A stretch of DNA of 64,000 nt, from positions 2,298,281-2,362,280 of the forward strand of contig CAJINV010000013.1 in NCBI GenBank assembly GCA_905178155.1. The letters are read 5' to 3'. Origin of the DNA: Amoebophrya sp. A120 (taxonomy: Eukaryota > Protista > Dinoflagellata). Below, piece by piece: positions 26,124 through 38,300 of the stretch. The notes beneath the pieces were generated by a model. The model was not told the origin of the DNA. It worked only from the letters and a program-made list of their open reading frames with translations, and searched no databases. The position numbers and the translations under genes were made by a program. How positions within the stretch are numbered: position 1 is the stretch's first letter; each line of letters starts with the position of its first letter.

Positions 26124-28315
26124 ATGGCCACACTCTACCTTCTCGCGCACCCGCAGCTGTTGCTGCACCCGGACCGGCTGCTGGACCCTGACACCGATAT
26201 GCATCGCAAAATTATCGTACACGGGCGTAGCACCACTCGCATGACAAATTTTCGCAGCATGATGAAAAATTGATCTTGTGATTCTGAAGCTGAATTGGCT
26301 CAGAAAGAGATGTATGCATGCATGATTGCAAAGAACATGATTACGAGCAGTTTGATATTTTTGCAGTTCATAACCGAGACCCGGAAGCAGATCGACCGCA
26401 TGTGCGCGTTTCTTGGAAACGCGGAGGGCCGGGATAAGATCGGAAAACTCGTCCAGTTTATCGCCCGTTTTCTCGACGGGTTTTTTCGGGAAGGACCCGG
26501 TCTGAGTCTGATCGCCGCGGAGACCTCCCTACGAATTGCAAAATACTTAAGTAGCGACGTACTCTACTATGAATTGCATGACAATTTTTTTCAAAAGGAG
26601 AGACGGAATATTGTAATTCTCACTTGGGTCGTTGATGTCGTTCCTGTAAGGAGTTGGCTTTGATGATGTCATTGTCGTGCAAAAATAGTACAACCACGAG
26701 TGCGAAGATGCTGATTTTGCAGTGGATACTCCCTCCCCTACTGCAATCAGCTCCGGTGCCTCTGGAACGGGCTGCAGACCGCGCGGTGCTGGGCGTGGAT
26801 GGGAAAGTCCCTGATCGAGTGGAAAACGGACATCCAGACCTTTGAGTCGAAGCAAATGGTCCCGGAAGTGAAGGTGCTCCATATGACCGCCCGGTTTTTC
26901 TTCGCGGTCCGGTGGTTTTTCGAGAACTTCATGCTGCTGGTGAAGGAGAAGGTCCTGCTCCCCTCCGCGAAAGGGGGGTATTTGCCGCTCCCGGAGGCCG
27001 TATGCATTGCAAACATGTCTGGGTCTGGAAGAGTGCAAATTTGTGATGCTTGTCTCACATGACTCTTGGACTTGTAATGCGTGAGCAGGATGAAAAGAGC
27101 CTCTTACCTGTCATGCAAAAATGAAGTTTCTCATGCAGAAAGCGAAGCACAAAGGAGCCAAGAAGCTTGTCATGCGCGCTGCCTATAGCAGTGTCCCCAC
27201 AAAAATTGATAAATTAGCATCACAAGTTCCCAGACCCAGACATATTTGCATTTGATAGGCCGCCGTGTTGAACAAGTACGCGAAGAAGTTTTGGTTCTAC
27301 GCAATTTTCACCGCGGTGTGCTGCGAGGTGGCGAAGCTGCGCATTCTGAAGAACAAGTACGACGAAATCTATCCCAGGTGACCAAGAATGTTGATCGTAA
27401 TAAAGTCGTATAGCTTGCAAAACAGATCTTGGGCATGTCAGAAAAACTCTATTTGCATATTGCCTAGTCAACAAGCACCACAAAGTAGAAATTAATGTCT
27501 AGAATCGAGAAGACCAACACCTACTGTAATATCAAGAAATTGCAAATAATCTTTACGACTTCTACGTAGTGTTTCTTTGCAATGGATAGAGTCGAGAACA
27601 AGGTGATTTCCACGGTGGCAACGGGGAACGACAAGCAGAAATCGCAGCAGTTGGTAGAGGAACAGAAGGTGATATCCAGGAAAAAAAGTGTGTTAGTGTA
27701 ACTTTCTTGGAGGAACAGCATCACAAATTTGTTCTGCATGAGAGAGAAAACCTCCCATGCGTGGTTTGTAAAGGAAAACACAAGTGAAAAGAGGACTTCG
27801 TGCTTGTCTGGCATGACAGGTGTAACTCTGTTGCATGTTCTGCATGACAGAGTTACACTTACACACTTTTTTTCTTTCATAGGTGAAGAAGGAGGAAGAA
27901 TTGGCGAAGTTGAAGTCTGACGCGAAACTGTATGCATTGCAAATATGTCTGGGTCTGGAAGAGTGTAAGTTTGTCATGCTTGTCGAACAAGACTCCCAAC
28001 TCTGTGATGCATGAGCAGGAAGAGAGCCTCTCGCCTGTCATGCAAAAACGCAGTTTGCCATGCAGAGTTTCAGACCCTGTCATGCTTGGCTGCGTATTGC
28101 AGTGTGTCCACCAGTCCCAAACCAGCATTACAACTTTCCACACCCAGATAGTATTTGCAGTGGATAAACTGCGGCTGCGCACGATTTTCACCAACGTGAT
28201 GGACTCTCCTGCGTCGATCAGCGTCGGGTTCGGATACTCCATGAGCCACATGACGGTCGGCGGGCTGATGAGCATCGCGAGCTACCTGCAGTGCCAGAAT
28301 TTGTACCCGAAGTAG
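26124..28315 (+). CDS. PEX11: Peroxisomal membrane protein PEX11; all 6 introns are introners
   Basis: FLGNAEGRDKIGKLVQFIARFL, LNKYAKKFWFYAI and C-terminal DSPAS..VGGLMSIASYL; all six excisions are in frame. Confidence 0.85.
26198..26372. mobile_element. Introner family E-like
   Basis: tatgcatcgcaaaattatc / gatatttttgcagttcata; DR accga/accga. Confidence 0.9.
26530..26728. mobile_element. Introner family E-like
   Basis: tacgaattgcaaaat / attttgcagtggata; DR ctccc/ctccc. Confidence 0.88.
27001..27257. mobile_element. Introner family C
   Basis: DR ggccg/ggccg; frame restored. Confidence 0.93.
27370..27588. mobile_element. Degenerate introner
   Basis: tatccc..cgtaataaagtcgta / tacgacttctacg..ttgcaatggata; DR aaatc/gagtc; frame restored. 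Confidence 0.65.
27673..27881. mobile_element. Introner family G (TATCCAxGAAAAAA..GTTAGTGTAACT)
   Basis: DR ggtga/ggtga; clearly homologous to 63364-63572. Confidence 0.92.
27931..28166. mobile_element. Introner family C
   Basis: DR aactg/aactg; frame restored. Confidence 0.92.
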
Positions 28316-29777
28316 TAGAAGAAGGCGGGAGGAGGCCTTGATATTACTTTTGCTGGGGAACAAGTAGATCACGAAATGCGTACAGACACAGATGTTTGTA
28401 ACTTTGTAGTTCAGTTGTAGGACAAAATAAATTGAAAATGCTGTAGTAATTATCACTCGACATCAGGCCGCTAGAGAATGCATTCAGAAGAGAAAGACAC
28501 CGACCAAACTAGATTTTTTACGTTTCATCGACTTGCTGTTCGCAATACAACTTGTTTATCGACTGTAGCCGACGAAGAGACCATTATCATGATTATGTCG
28601 CTTGTTTTATCTGTTAATGCTAAATTGAAAATGCCTCGTCTGCCACTGCCACATTATCGCGATTTGACAAAATATACGCACCTGTTTCTCATTTGTAAGA
28701 AAACTGAAAAATTTTCCTATACCCAACGTTTGAATTTTTCTCATGGACGCGCTATGGCTGACTAGCACAGAAGACGCGATCCTTTTTCCACCGGTGCTGA
28801 CGGGGAGCTACGGCATCTGGGCTGCATGATTTTTGCATACACTCCTACTTCATCACCAATTGAAGCTGACAAAGTAGACTGAGATGATCCTGCACTAGGG
28901 AACAGCTGCAAGAAGTGCGACATCTTCGCAACTGAAATGGATTCTGGTGGATGAACCGCGATGTTGAAATAGTGGAGCCTGTACACACAATCACACTGAA
29001 TTTTGACACCACAACGAACACGTTAAACACAGAAAGAACGTAGGGCGGCATGCGTGGATCACATGTGGACGGTGCAGCTTCTGCTTTATTTCTATACGCA
29101 AGACCACCTAGTCGACCTTGTTCCTGTAGCGATGTCTTCCTCCAAAGATTTTTGCGAGTTTTTTTTTAAGGCATGATTTATGACCTGATTCTGATTGGAA
29201 TCGACGGCCCTAAGAGGATGAAGGTCTAATGCCAGGATGTTTGTTGCGGGCCGCAGAGCGCCCGCTGAATAGAAGATGCCGGCGGCCAGTTCTGGTCCAC
29301 TTGATGCCTGTGGCCCGGCAAGATGAACATTTCCTGCTGTAGTTAGAATCAATAGGTACATTTTGTTTTTAGTACTTTCTTTTTCGTCGACTACGGCCTC
29401 CGAGTTGTCAGCTACTGACTCTCATCTCTTTGCAAAATATTTCAGCGGCTACTGTGACAAGTCCTTAGAAGGATTGGCTTATTTAGGGACCGACGCAGCA
29501 ACATCGAACAAACATGAAAAAATAGTAAAATTGACCAATTTCTTTTTCTTCCTCTGATATTCTGAACCAAGAGTTCTTATTCTCGTACAGCTCCAGTAAT
29601 CCTTTCTCGTCAAACAAACTGTTCGCGTAATTACTGTCAAACTTTTTTCAAACTTTCAAAACGTAAAAACACTTCACAGCTACAGCTAGACATTTATTTG
29701 TTAAGACAATTCTTATTCAAGTGCTCCTCCAACTACTTTTATCAAACGAACTCCAAACTGAGAGAAAAACCGGAAAG

Positions 29778-31812
29778 ATGGCTTCTGTCCGATACTTCGA
29801 ATGCCCGAAAGGCGGCAACATCATGGAAAATCCGCAGATCCTTCTATCGCAATGAAACATCCTCCCTTCCCATATCAAGACGAGATTTCTGATACTGGAT
29901 TTGGATAAGTCCACAAATCAAAAAATTTGTGTTGCACTACAGGACTGCACACAGATCCTGAGCCTAGACAGGAGCCTTTCGGTGTAAGCGCCCAGCATGG
30001 TAGACGGCTACCCCGTAGGCCGTGCAGCATTAGCACAAACCGCCTGCATAGCGTGGCGGGCAGCCTGAGCGTGCCTTCTTACACGACAGACCACGAACCT
30101 GCGTCACAAATTTTCAAAAGGATGCGTTTTCAATATGGGGAGGGGGTATTTTTCCTTTTGATACCTCCACTGGATGGACATTATGGCGGGCGAGAAAAGA
30201 GCGGATGGCAAATGGTACCGGCACCGGGGGATGGGCTATCAAATGCAAATAAAACATGTACTAGTCTGGGCCTGGAAGAATGCAAGCTCGGCTAAGTAGC
30301 ATGACTCTCAAGTCCTCTGTCATGCACGTTAGTACAACCCAAAAGCCCCCCCAACTTTCTGTCATGCAAAAACGCAGTCTGTCGTGCTGAATAGACAACA
30401 CCTAGAAACTCAGAAACTTGTTGTCATGCTGAGCGGTCACAACTCGTGGCATCCTCTTCAACACGATTCGCCACTCAGCATCACAAGTTTATTCCAGAAC
30501 CAGCCATATTTGGATTCGATACGAGCAACCAGGAGATGAAGGCGGAGGACCTGCACGTGTTTTTCACGCAGAATCGCCCTTTGGTGCAGGCTATCCTCTG
30601 CAAAAGTGTCTGGGTCTGCTGGAAACTTGTAATGCTGCGTTGGGAAAAGTGAATGCTCTGTAATGCACAGGCAAGCATGAGAAATATCTGCGCTTCTTTG
30701 TGTTGCGTTTTTCGCATGAGAAACTGCGTTTTTGCATGACAGGCAAAAGGGTCTCTTCTTGGACACGCATCACAAACTTTTTGGTCATGCCAGACAAGCA
30801 TGACAAATCTCGCAATCTTCCAGACCCAGACACTTTTGCATTTGATACAGGCTATCCTCTGCAAAAGTATCGCACTCGTGGAAAAATGAACTGCAGGCAC
30901 GCATGGCTACAAATTCTTCTCCTGACCTGAAAAGTGTTCTCGTGTTGACGTTTTTTTTTCCTGAAATTCGTAGTACAATTGCTGTACTAGAACGATGCTT
31001 TTGCAATGCATAGAGGAGTCCAACTTTTCCAAAAAGACGGATCCCTGGCACGTGATGACTGATGAGGAGTACGCAATCTGGCTCAAGTCTGCGAGCAACC
31101 CGGCTTTGGTGCGGCGGGCCATCGTCACGAAAGCGCAGCTCGTGTTCTGGCAAAACCAGAAAAAGTACAAGTCGCTCAAGTGCGTCTACGACGAGATTTA
31201 CGCCTTGCATATAGGCCTGGGTCTGGAAAAAGCCTGAATTATAGCCGAAGTAACTACAGCACGTGCACATGCAGCTTCGCATGAGAAATAAGCCTTAGTG
31301 CGACGATTTCTACTGCGTTTGTCTTTGTGTTGCGTATGAGGCAACGCAGATTTAATATTTCCAGCAACGCAAGACGAGCATGACACGATCTTGTGCAGAC
31401 CCAGGCACGTTTGGAGCTGATACAGAGGAACGGGAACTCAAGGGGGCTGACCAGAGCGGTGGGCAGGGTTGTAATCTATCGCAAGAAAAAACTGTTTCCG
31501 TGTGAACTTGTAATGCAGGGAATGCCAGCAGCAGGAGCAGCACGCAAGCGCTTGTCGTTGTCCTGCTAAAGATTTGCATGGCATGGGATTTTTGGAGGTG
31601 TTTTCCGCGGCTATCATGTATGGAAAATGCACGCCTAGGCGATGCGTGTTTTTTCCATATTGCTGCAGAATCTGCGTCACAAGTGCGCATGACACAGAAA
31701 ATCTGCTACTTGTTGAAGATGAACTTATGCCGATCTTGCAAAAACTAAAACATAGTCTATATCATCACAGTGAAAGAGTTTTTTCGTGGGATATGATCAC
31801 AAGTCGGACTGA
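29778..31812 (+). CDS. Hypothetical 147-aa protein, visible only after removing 6 introners
   Basis: Exons ~29778-29844, 30169-30236, 30527-30591, 31018-31198, 31428-31476 and 31799-31812 total 444 nt, ATG to TGA with no internal stop (MASVRYFECPKGG...GCNHKSD). Confidence 0.72.
29845..30163. mobile_element. Introner family B
   Basis: DR ccttc/cctcc; frame restored. Confidence 0.9.
30237..30521. mobile_element. Introner family C (degenerate)
   Basis: DR tgggc/cgagc; frame restored. Confidence 0.82.
30592..30847. mobile_element. Introner family C, first of a tandem pair
   Basis: tatcctctgcaaaagtgtctgggtctg / cagacccagacacttttgcatttgata; DR caggc/caggc. Confidence 0.9.
30853..31012. mobile_element. 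Introner family E, second of a tandem pair
   Basis: tatcctctgcaaaagtatcg / cgatgcttttgcaatgcata; DR caggc/gagga. Confidence 0.85.
31199..31422. mobile_element. Degenerate introner family C
   Basis: tacgccttgcatataggcctgggtctg / cagacccaggcacgtttggagctgata; DR lost (agatt/cagag); frame restored. Confidence 0.75.
31477..31793. mobile_element. Introner family D (longer variant)
   Basis: DR taatc/tgatc; D-type TIRs. Confidence 0.88.
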
Positions 31813-32134
31813 TACTTTCATGTTCATATTCAAAGAGAGCACTCCGAAGCAGGCTCACCAGATGGTGCTTCCGCCATGTTGGTGGTCGGTAGGAGCGATG
31901 GATTTTTTTCTTGAAATCAAATAAAGGGGCGTAACAGAAATGTTTGCGGAATTATCGAACTTTTTTATCTGTTCTTTTAGTTCGACGTATAATTAGAGAA
32001 GAAAGCAACCAAATTTTAACGAGTCAATTATTGAACGGTCGACCGAACCGAAGCGGTTTGCCTCTTGAAAAGTAAAAGAAGCTTGGTGGATTCGAGCCTT
32101 TGATAGCACGTCTTTTAGGACTTGATTTTAGATA

Positions 32135-34056
32135 GAGTGGGGTAACAATGAAATCCTTATCCGCCCCCCCGGCTTATCCGCCGGCGGGCTGTCCCGAAAT
32201 AGGCCCCATGAACTGGCCCGGCCCCGGCGCCGTTTGGATGAGCCCGAGGGCGCCCGGACCGACACACGGCACGCCGCTTGTGCTTATGGTTTTTTAAAGT
32301 AATGCGCAGGAAATTGCCAAACGTCGCACCATCGGGACTGGTAGAGCAAGAAAATGAAGGGACGCAGCGTGTCAATGTTTGCCATGCATGCAAAACAAGG
32401 CGGAGAGAAATGGCGTTGAAAATTCACACACAGAAAGTAGATAGCTTCGCACGTCGGGGCCTGTTTAGGGGGTTCGTCAATAGAAGCCCGGGCCCCATCA
32501 CGTTACAGACAGAAGAGACACACACACAGACCGAGTCCGGCAGCGTGCCTCGCAAACAAGGGCGCCAGGCTTCACGCGTGCAGGCTGTCTTGCGGTTGTT
32601 CGCAGGTGCAAGCACCTCGCTGGCTTTGCAAGCTACTCACAAGCCCCGACGGCTACCAATTCGCGCTGAAAACAGGCCACGCAAGAAATCGTCACTCAGC
32701 CCGCAGCCCCATGCAAGTCCCCGGAGCTGCTGCCACGGCGCCCCGGCGCCATGCGTGCCGCCTGGCGAGGCGGCCGGGGTGTCGCGAGTGGGCCAACACG
32801 GGGGTGATAGTTGGTAGCGGGCTGCGGCTTTCCCAGGGCCACAGCCCGCCGCACTGGGCCGGTCCCGGGGCCTGTGCGGCGGGAAAACCCCACCGGGGCC
32901 CGAGATGGGAAGCGGGAAAACCTGTATTGGGAACCGAGAAAACCTACCTCACTGGGCCCCGAGGCCTGTAAAGCATCACTGTCTGACTTCGGGCGAGCAT
33001 TTGCGCCGCGCCGGAAACGAACCTCGAGCACATTGGCCGGCGGCGAAATGAAAAAAAAAAGCCGGCGAACAAAAGTAGAGCGCGCGAGGCTGTCGCCCGC
33101 GCGGCCCAATTCATTGCTTAAGTATCTATGGCCGTGGCGGAAGCTATGTATTGAGCCGCACTGCGGCAAGCTAACATGTCACCAGCACGGCCCGGCCCGC
33201 GGCCCAGGAAATAGCTGCCCAGCCTAGAGCCCCCTCCTGTCTCGGTAGAATATAAGTCGAGCACACCATCGGGGGGAATTTTACCACCGATGACGCCCCA
33301 CATTTATAAGGGGCGAGCCCTCGGCGCGCAGCCCGGGGCGTTGTCGCGGCCTGTTTCGGTGCGTGGCAGGCAGGCTGGGCCCATTGAAAAAGCAGGGGGG
33401 CCCATGGCGGGCGGCGGGCTTGGGTTTGCACAGGCGCACACCCCTAGGAGGCGGGCGCGCGTAAGATGAAACCCTCAGCCCGTTGCGTTTCGTTCTCGCT
33501 TCGGACCCTAAGCCGCTGCCTGCAGGCATGCCCAAGAGCAGGGCGGCATGGCCTGGCAAGTAAGCACATAGCCCGAAGGGTATATGCGAGGAAGCTCGGC
33601 GGCCCTCACGCTGGGAGTTTACTTCTGTGGGGCAAGTTCTGGCCCTGGCCTTGTGTGCCCGCTGGTAACTATTTGCTGGGCCACTTCTTGCGTGGCGAAT
33701 TCCCCAAGGCTTCGCACCTTTCGCGTGGCAAGCATGTATCTGCTGGACGTTTTTTTTTAAGTCCAAAGCAGTCCCGGCAGTGAGTGTGGAGCCTTCAAAG
33801 GCTGCGCCTGCTACTTTCAAAGAAACACCTCAAAGGCCGGTGGCGTCATGCTTGCAGTCGACCTTTGTGGTGTTTCAAAATCTTCCCACAACATGCCGGA
33901 TGCTGTCGGCATTTCCGGGTCCTTCAGGCGATGGTAGCGCCCGGCCACTTTGTCGCGGCTATACCGGTACGGCCCGCCGGCGGATAAGCCGGGGGGGGGC
34001 CCCCCCCCGGCTTATCCGCCGGGGGGGCGGATAAGGATTTCATTGTTACCCCACTC
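32135..34056. mobile_element. Intergenic non-autonomous TIR DNA transposon, 1.9 kb
   Basis: Perfect 39-bp TIR gagtggggtaacaatgaaatccttatccgcccccccggc; 3-bp flanking repeat ata/ata; GC-rich interior. Confidence 0.85.
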
Positions 34057-35376
34057 ATATTAAGTTTTGAACAAAAGCGTATGGTTTTTCTTCACCGCTG
34101 GTTTATGGATCGAGCGAGGAGCGCCAATTGTCAATCCCCTGAGTTTGGCAACTGTGTAGCTAGAAGCCTCGTATGATCATGGAGCTCCTGTTATGAAGAA
34201 AGTAAGTGTCCGTTATGTGTTACTATTTCCGAAGAACCCCCAAAATGAGACACGCTCAAACTTATACGGTTTACGAAAAATAACGCAGTCATGTCAAAAT
34301 TGCAGGCGCGAGGATATGTGTTAATTCGCCACGACCAAGAGACAGCAAGAAGCGGTTTTGATGCTCCTGAAAATGTCGGAAGAAAGCTGAAGCTGTTTTT
34401 GGCTTTGCTTGCTTTCGCCAAATTGGAGAACTAAAAAATGAAATTTGTGCGGGTGTGTGCTTTGAAAAAATTGACTTTCCGGTGCCGCTACTTGTCTCGG
34501 CTCGAGGCTTAAGTATTTCTAATATCAGATGTTCATTGCGCTGTTCGTTTTCCATCCACCGACGTGCCGTGCTGCGTTGCTCTGGAGTTCTTTCCGATTC
34601 TGGTGCATTATTTCCTGGTAAACAAACGAAACAAGTTTCCATCTTTGATGCAAAAAGAAAAAAGCTACGCCAGTGCACTGAGTATCTATCGAAGGAGGCG
34701 GATTTTCAACTAGTACGATCTTCTGTCCCTTGCCTGATTGATCTAGTACTCACAAGATGTAGTTAATCTGCGGCCAGCATTTTTACGTGCGCACGCAGCC
34801 TGAAGAAAAAAAGACGTGGACGAGGGTCTTGTCTTTACAAGATCATTTTGAATACCACGGCTGAAGTTACAGTTCCGTCGTCCCAGCAGAGGGCTTTCAT
34901 CCTATGGCAGCTGTAGTTAGTCCTCAAGGTCGACGTCGAGGTTGTCCTGGCATGGTGATTCCAACAAGGCTTTCCCACTTCAATTTTTCCAGTCCGTAGT
35001 AGAGCAGTGGTGATACTTATTCATAATTTTGATAACACGACACCCAGGAGATTCGTAAAAAAAATCGGAATGAAAACGTACATTAGTGCGCAAGGAAGAA
35101 CCATCTTCGTGTAAATTGTATTCATCCACAACTGCCCCTTTCTTGTTTGCACCTGTACGTTGTGCGTAAGAAATAGATACAAAGCTGCGATGGAATTATA
35201 GTCGCTCGCTCAAGATTCAAGTTTGCGATTGTGCAAAGCTTGACATATCTATGTATGGTTGAAGTTCAAAGCGACGTGAAAGTTTAAGTTACGCCATCTA
35301 CTTTTGTCCAAAGCGACAAACTTTTTGATAAAGCGACTTCACACGACGAGACATCGTTCGACAGCTGCACGAAAAG

Positions 35377-38300
35377 ATGTTTAAAAATAGCTCGTCCTCC
35401 AGTTCTTCATCTTCTTCGTCCAAAGTGGCGAGAGGAATTGGCGGAGCTACAAGTGGAATAAAGGACAGAGACAGCGACCTCCAGATGAGCGACACGAGAA
35501 TGTCGCTGCAAAACACGATCCGAGTACACTCCTTCGAGTCCGCATTTTCATCTTCACATACTACAAAAGCTGCCTCCAAGAACTCGCCACCTCTTGCTCC
35601 CACCAACTGGCTGAAGTCGTGCACGTTGCGGATTCCGGGTTCTCTTGCGGTTTCCCTGTACGACTTCCAGTACGCAAACGCTTTGAAGTATGGAAGCGTC
35701 AGGACCGAAATCAACAAAGTCGAAAAATTTGTGATGCATAAAATCGACACCAGTTGGAGCGAGCCTCGCCCTCAGTTGTCAATCGGCGCATGACAAATTT
35801 CGGGAGCGCCAAAAATCCAGTCTCTCACGCTGTTTGGGCAAAAAAGACTGCTCGTGTCGTGTCACTCTGGCAGCACATTGCCTTCCCCTAAAGAGGCTTG
35901 CAATCGGTCTCATTCGCTTGCTCCCTCACACAGGCCACACCTGCTCTACATTTTATGCATTACTTCAAATGTTTCGATTTTATCGATTTCGATCCTGACA
36001 CCCCCATACGAAGATCGCGGAGTCCGAGGCTTTTCTGCTGCTCGACTGCCCCGAGGCGAACCGACTGCGGCAGATCTTGGTGTCTGTGTTGCACCTGCAA
36101 CGAGTTGCGCGAGAAGAGCAGGAAGCGAGTCTGCAGCTGATGGAGGAGAAAAAGCCGAAGCGTCCCAAGAACATCCTCTTTGTCGGCAACGTGGCCAGCA
36201 TCACCACTGCGCTGCGGGAGGCGGAGTTCGTTTCTGGTCAGGGGCGCGATCGCGACGATCCTGCTGCTCACACTGACAGAATCAAGGCGATTGATTGGAA
36301 GACGTTCCTGAAGCTGAGCGCACCAGCACCGAAAAGAAAGGGCGGAAAGCTATCAAGTGTAAATATGTCCTGACTCGGGTCTGGAAAAGCCGTGGAACTT
36401 GCAATGCTTGTTTTTCATATACCGGATAAGAGTCTGTATTTCTAACGCTAGAAGCGCGCATTCTTGTGTCATGCAAAAAAGCGCACTGTCTCTGTCATGC
36501 GCATTAGAAATCTTCATGACATCAAGGCGTTCCAACAAAAACTTGTCGTGCTCATGCGTGGCTGCGCGTCGAAGTGCTCCCGTCATTCCCACTGCAGCAT
36601 CGGAAGTTCTTGCATCCAGGCCAAGACATATAGTTTTCATTGCATAGACACCGAAAGAGGACGATTTGGACCTGGACGAAACTTCTTCTGTCTTCGGTGC
36701 CGGTGCGTTTCTTGGACGCGAGAGCCAGAACTTGCCCCCCTTGGCGGACCAAGAGAGCCAGCAAATAATTCCGACGCCAGCGAGGAACAGAAGTAGTGTA
36801 GACCAGGGAGCAGGATCAGCGGCATTGCAACTCTCCAAAACCTCGAAGAGTGGCGGGGAAGAAAAAAAGGCGTCGGCTGCTACCTCTTCTTCCGCTGCAC
36901 AAGGAAAACGCGTCAAGCGAGAGTTCGAGGATCAAGATAGTGATGCGTCGGAAAAGGAATTGGAGATGAAACCGAAAGTCAAGGGCGGTGGCAAGGGGCG
37001 AAAGAGTATCACTCTGATAAAGAAAGAGATGGAGGAAGAAAAAAACAACTGGCTCGGTCCGCCCGTGCGCAACTGGTTGGGGGCGGCCGCGGCGGACGGC
37101 AGGAGTAACAAGCGCAGGGAAGAGGTAAAATCAGAGCCAGGAGGCAGCCCGGACAGCATTGGGGTAAGTACTTTTGTGCTTGTACTGGTTTGATGCTCGT
37201 GTACTTGACAGGATTTATTGTCTCATCATATGATGGCCGCCACGGGAATGTTTCTATATTGTCGCAAGACATTCTTCACCTGAGTAGGAATGGGATTCTT
37301 CTTGCCTGAAAGTTTTACTTTTATTCCTTTTTTTCAGTGGTCCACCAAGAACATGCGATTATCGCGGTTCATGAATAAGCTCAACAGCGCTGTCACAAAA
37401 ACAATCAATCGCGAATCGCAGGACCACGTTCTCGTTGCGTCTGGCTCGCCCTCCCCAGCTTCCGCAAAACGGCGTCGAATTGAGTTGGATGCAGAAAACT
37501 TAGTCCTCGAAGATGTTGATCTGGTGGTAGTCGAATACGAAATGTTTTCCCGCGCGAGTGTCGGCCAAATCCAAGCGCTAGTCNNNNNNNNNNNNNNNNN
37601 NNNNNNNNNNNNNNNNNNNNNNNNNNNNNNNNNNNNNNNNNNNNNNNNNNNNNNNNNNNNNNNNNNNNNNNNNNNNNNNNNNNATGCAGAAAACTTAGTC
37701 CTCGAAGATGTTGATCTGGTGGTAGTCGAATACGAAATGTTTTCCCGCGCGAGTGTCGGCCAAATCCAAGCGCTAGTCGACTTCTTCGCTGCGGGGTATA
37801 CGTCGTCGAACATATCCTGTGTAAAATAAACGTCCCCACCCTACTAGAGCCGGGATAGGAATTTTTCAACACAAACCCAGAAGTTCTTCCAGTCGCGCAG
37901 GACAAGTTTGCTCTAGCTGTATTGTAGTTCAGGCTAGCATGTTGGACTGCCGCATGACAAGTCCATCCTTTTGTCCTGTTTGCAGCATTGCAATTGTCAA
38001 AACACAACTACTGGGATGTGCATTTTTACGAAGTGTTCTTGCAGACGATGCAAAGTTGCATGACCACTGCTTGGGGAAGGGGACGTTTTTACTAAGGATA
38101 GAACACGAGGGGTATTCTCGCTTTTGACGAAGCGCAGCGGATTTTGCGAGGGGGGGTGCGGTTTGTGGAGAAAATTTCTGTTGGCGGAAGTAATCAAAAT
38201 CTTGCAACTTCTTCTACGTCGCTGGAGAAGAGTAGGACCTCTGTGGAGCCGCGAGAAGGAGCGGCAGCTTCCGGAGCGTCCAAAAAGGTCAAGGACAAGC

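Noticed and set aside
32278-33820. Transposase within the 1.9-kb TIR element (also checked the 22756 element and the long introners)
   Set aside because: Only short GC-rich ORFs with no recognisable DDE or RT motifs; a BLASTX search would be needed to exclude decayed remnants.
37489-37778. Apparent tandem duplication of an exon segment
   Set aside because: Identical copies flank a 100-N gap, a typical scaffolding overlap artefact.
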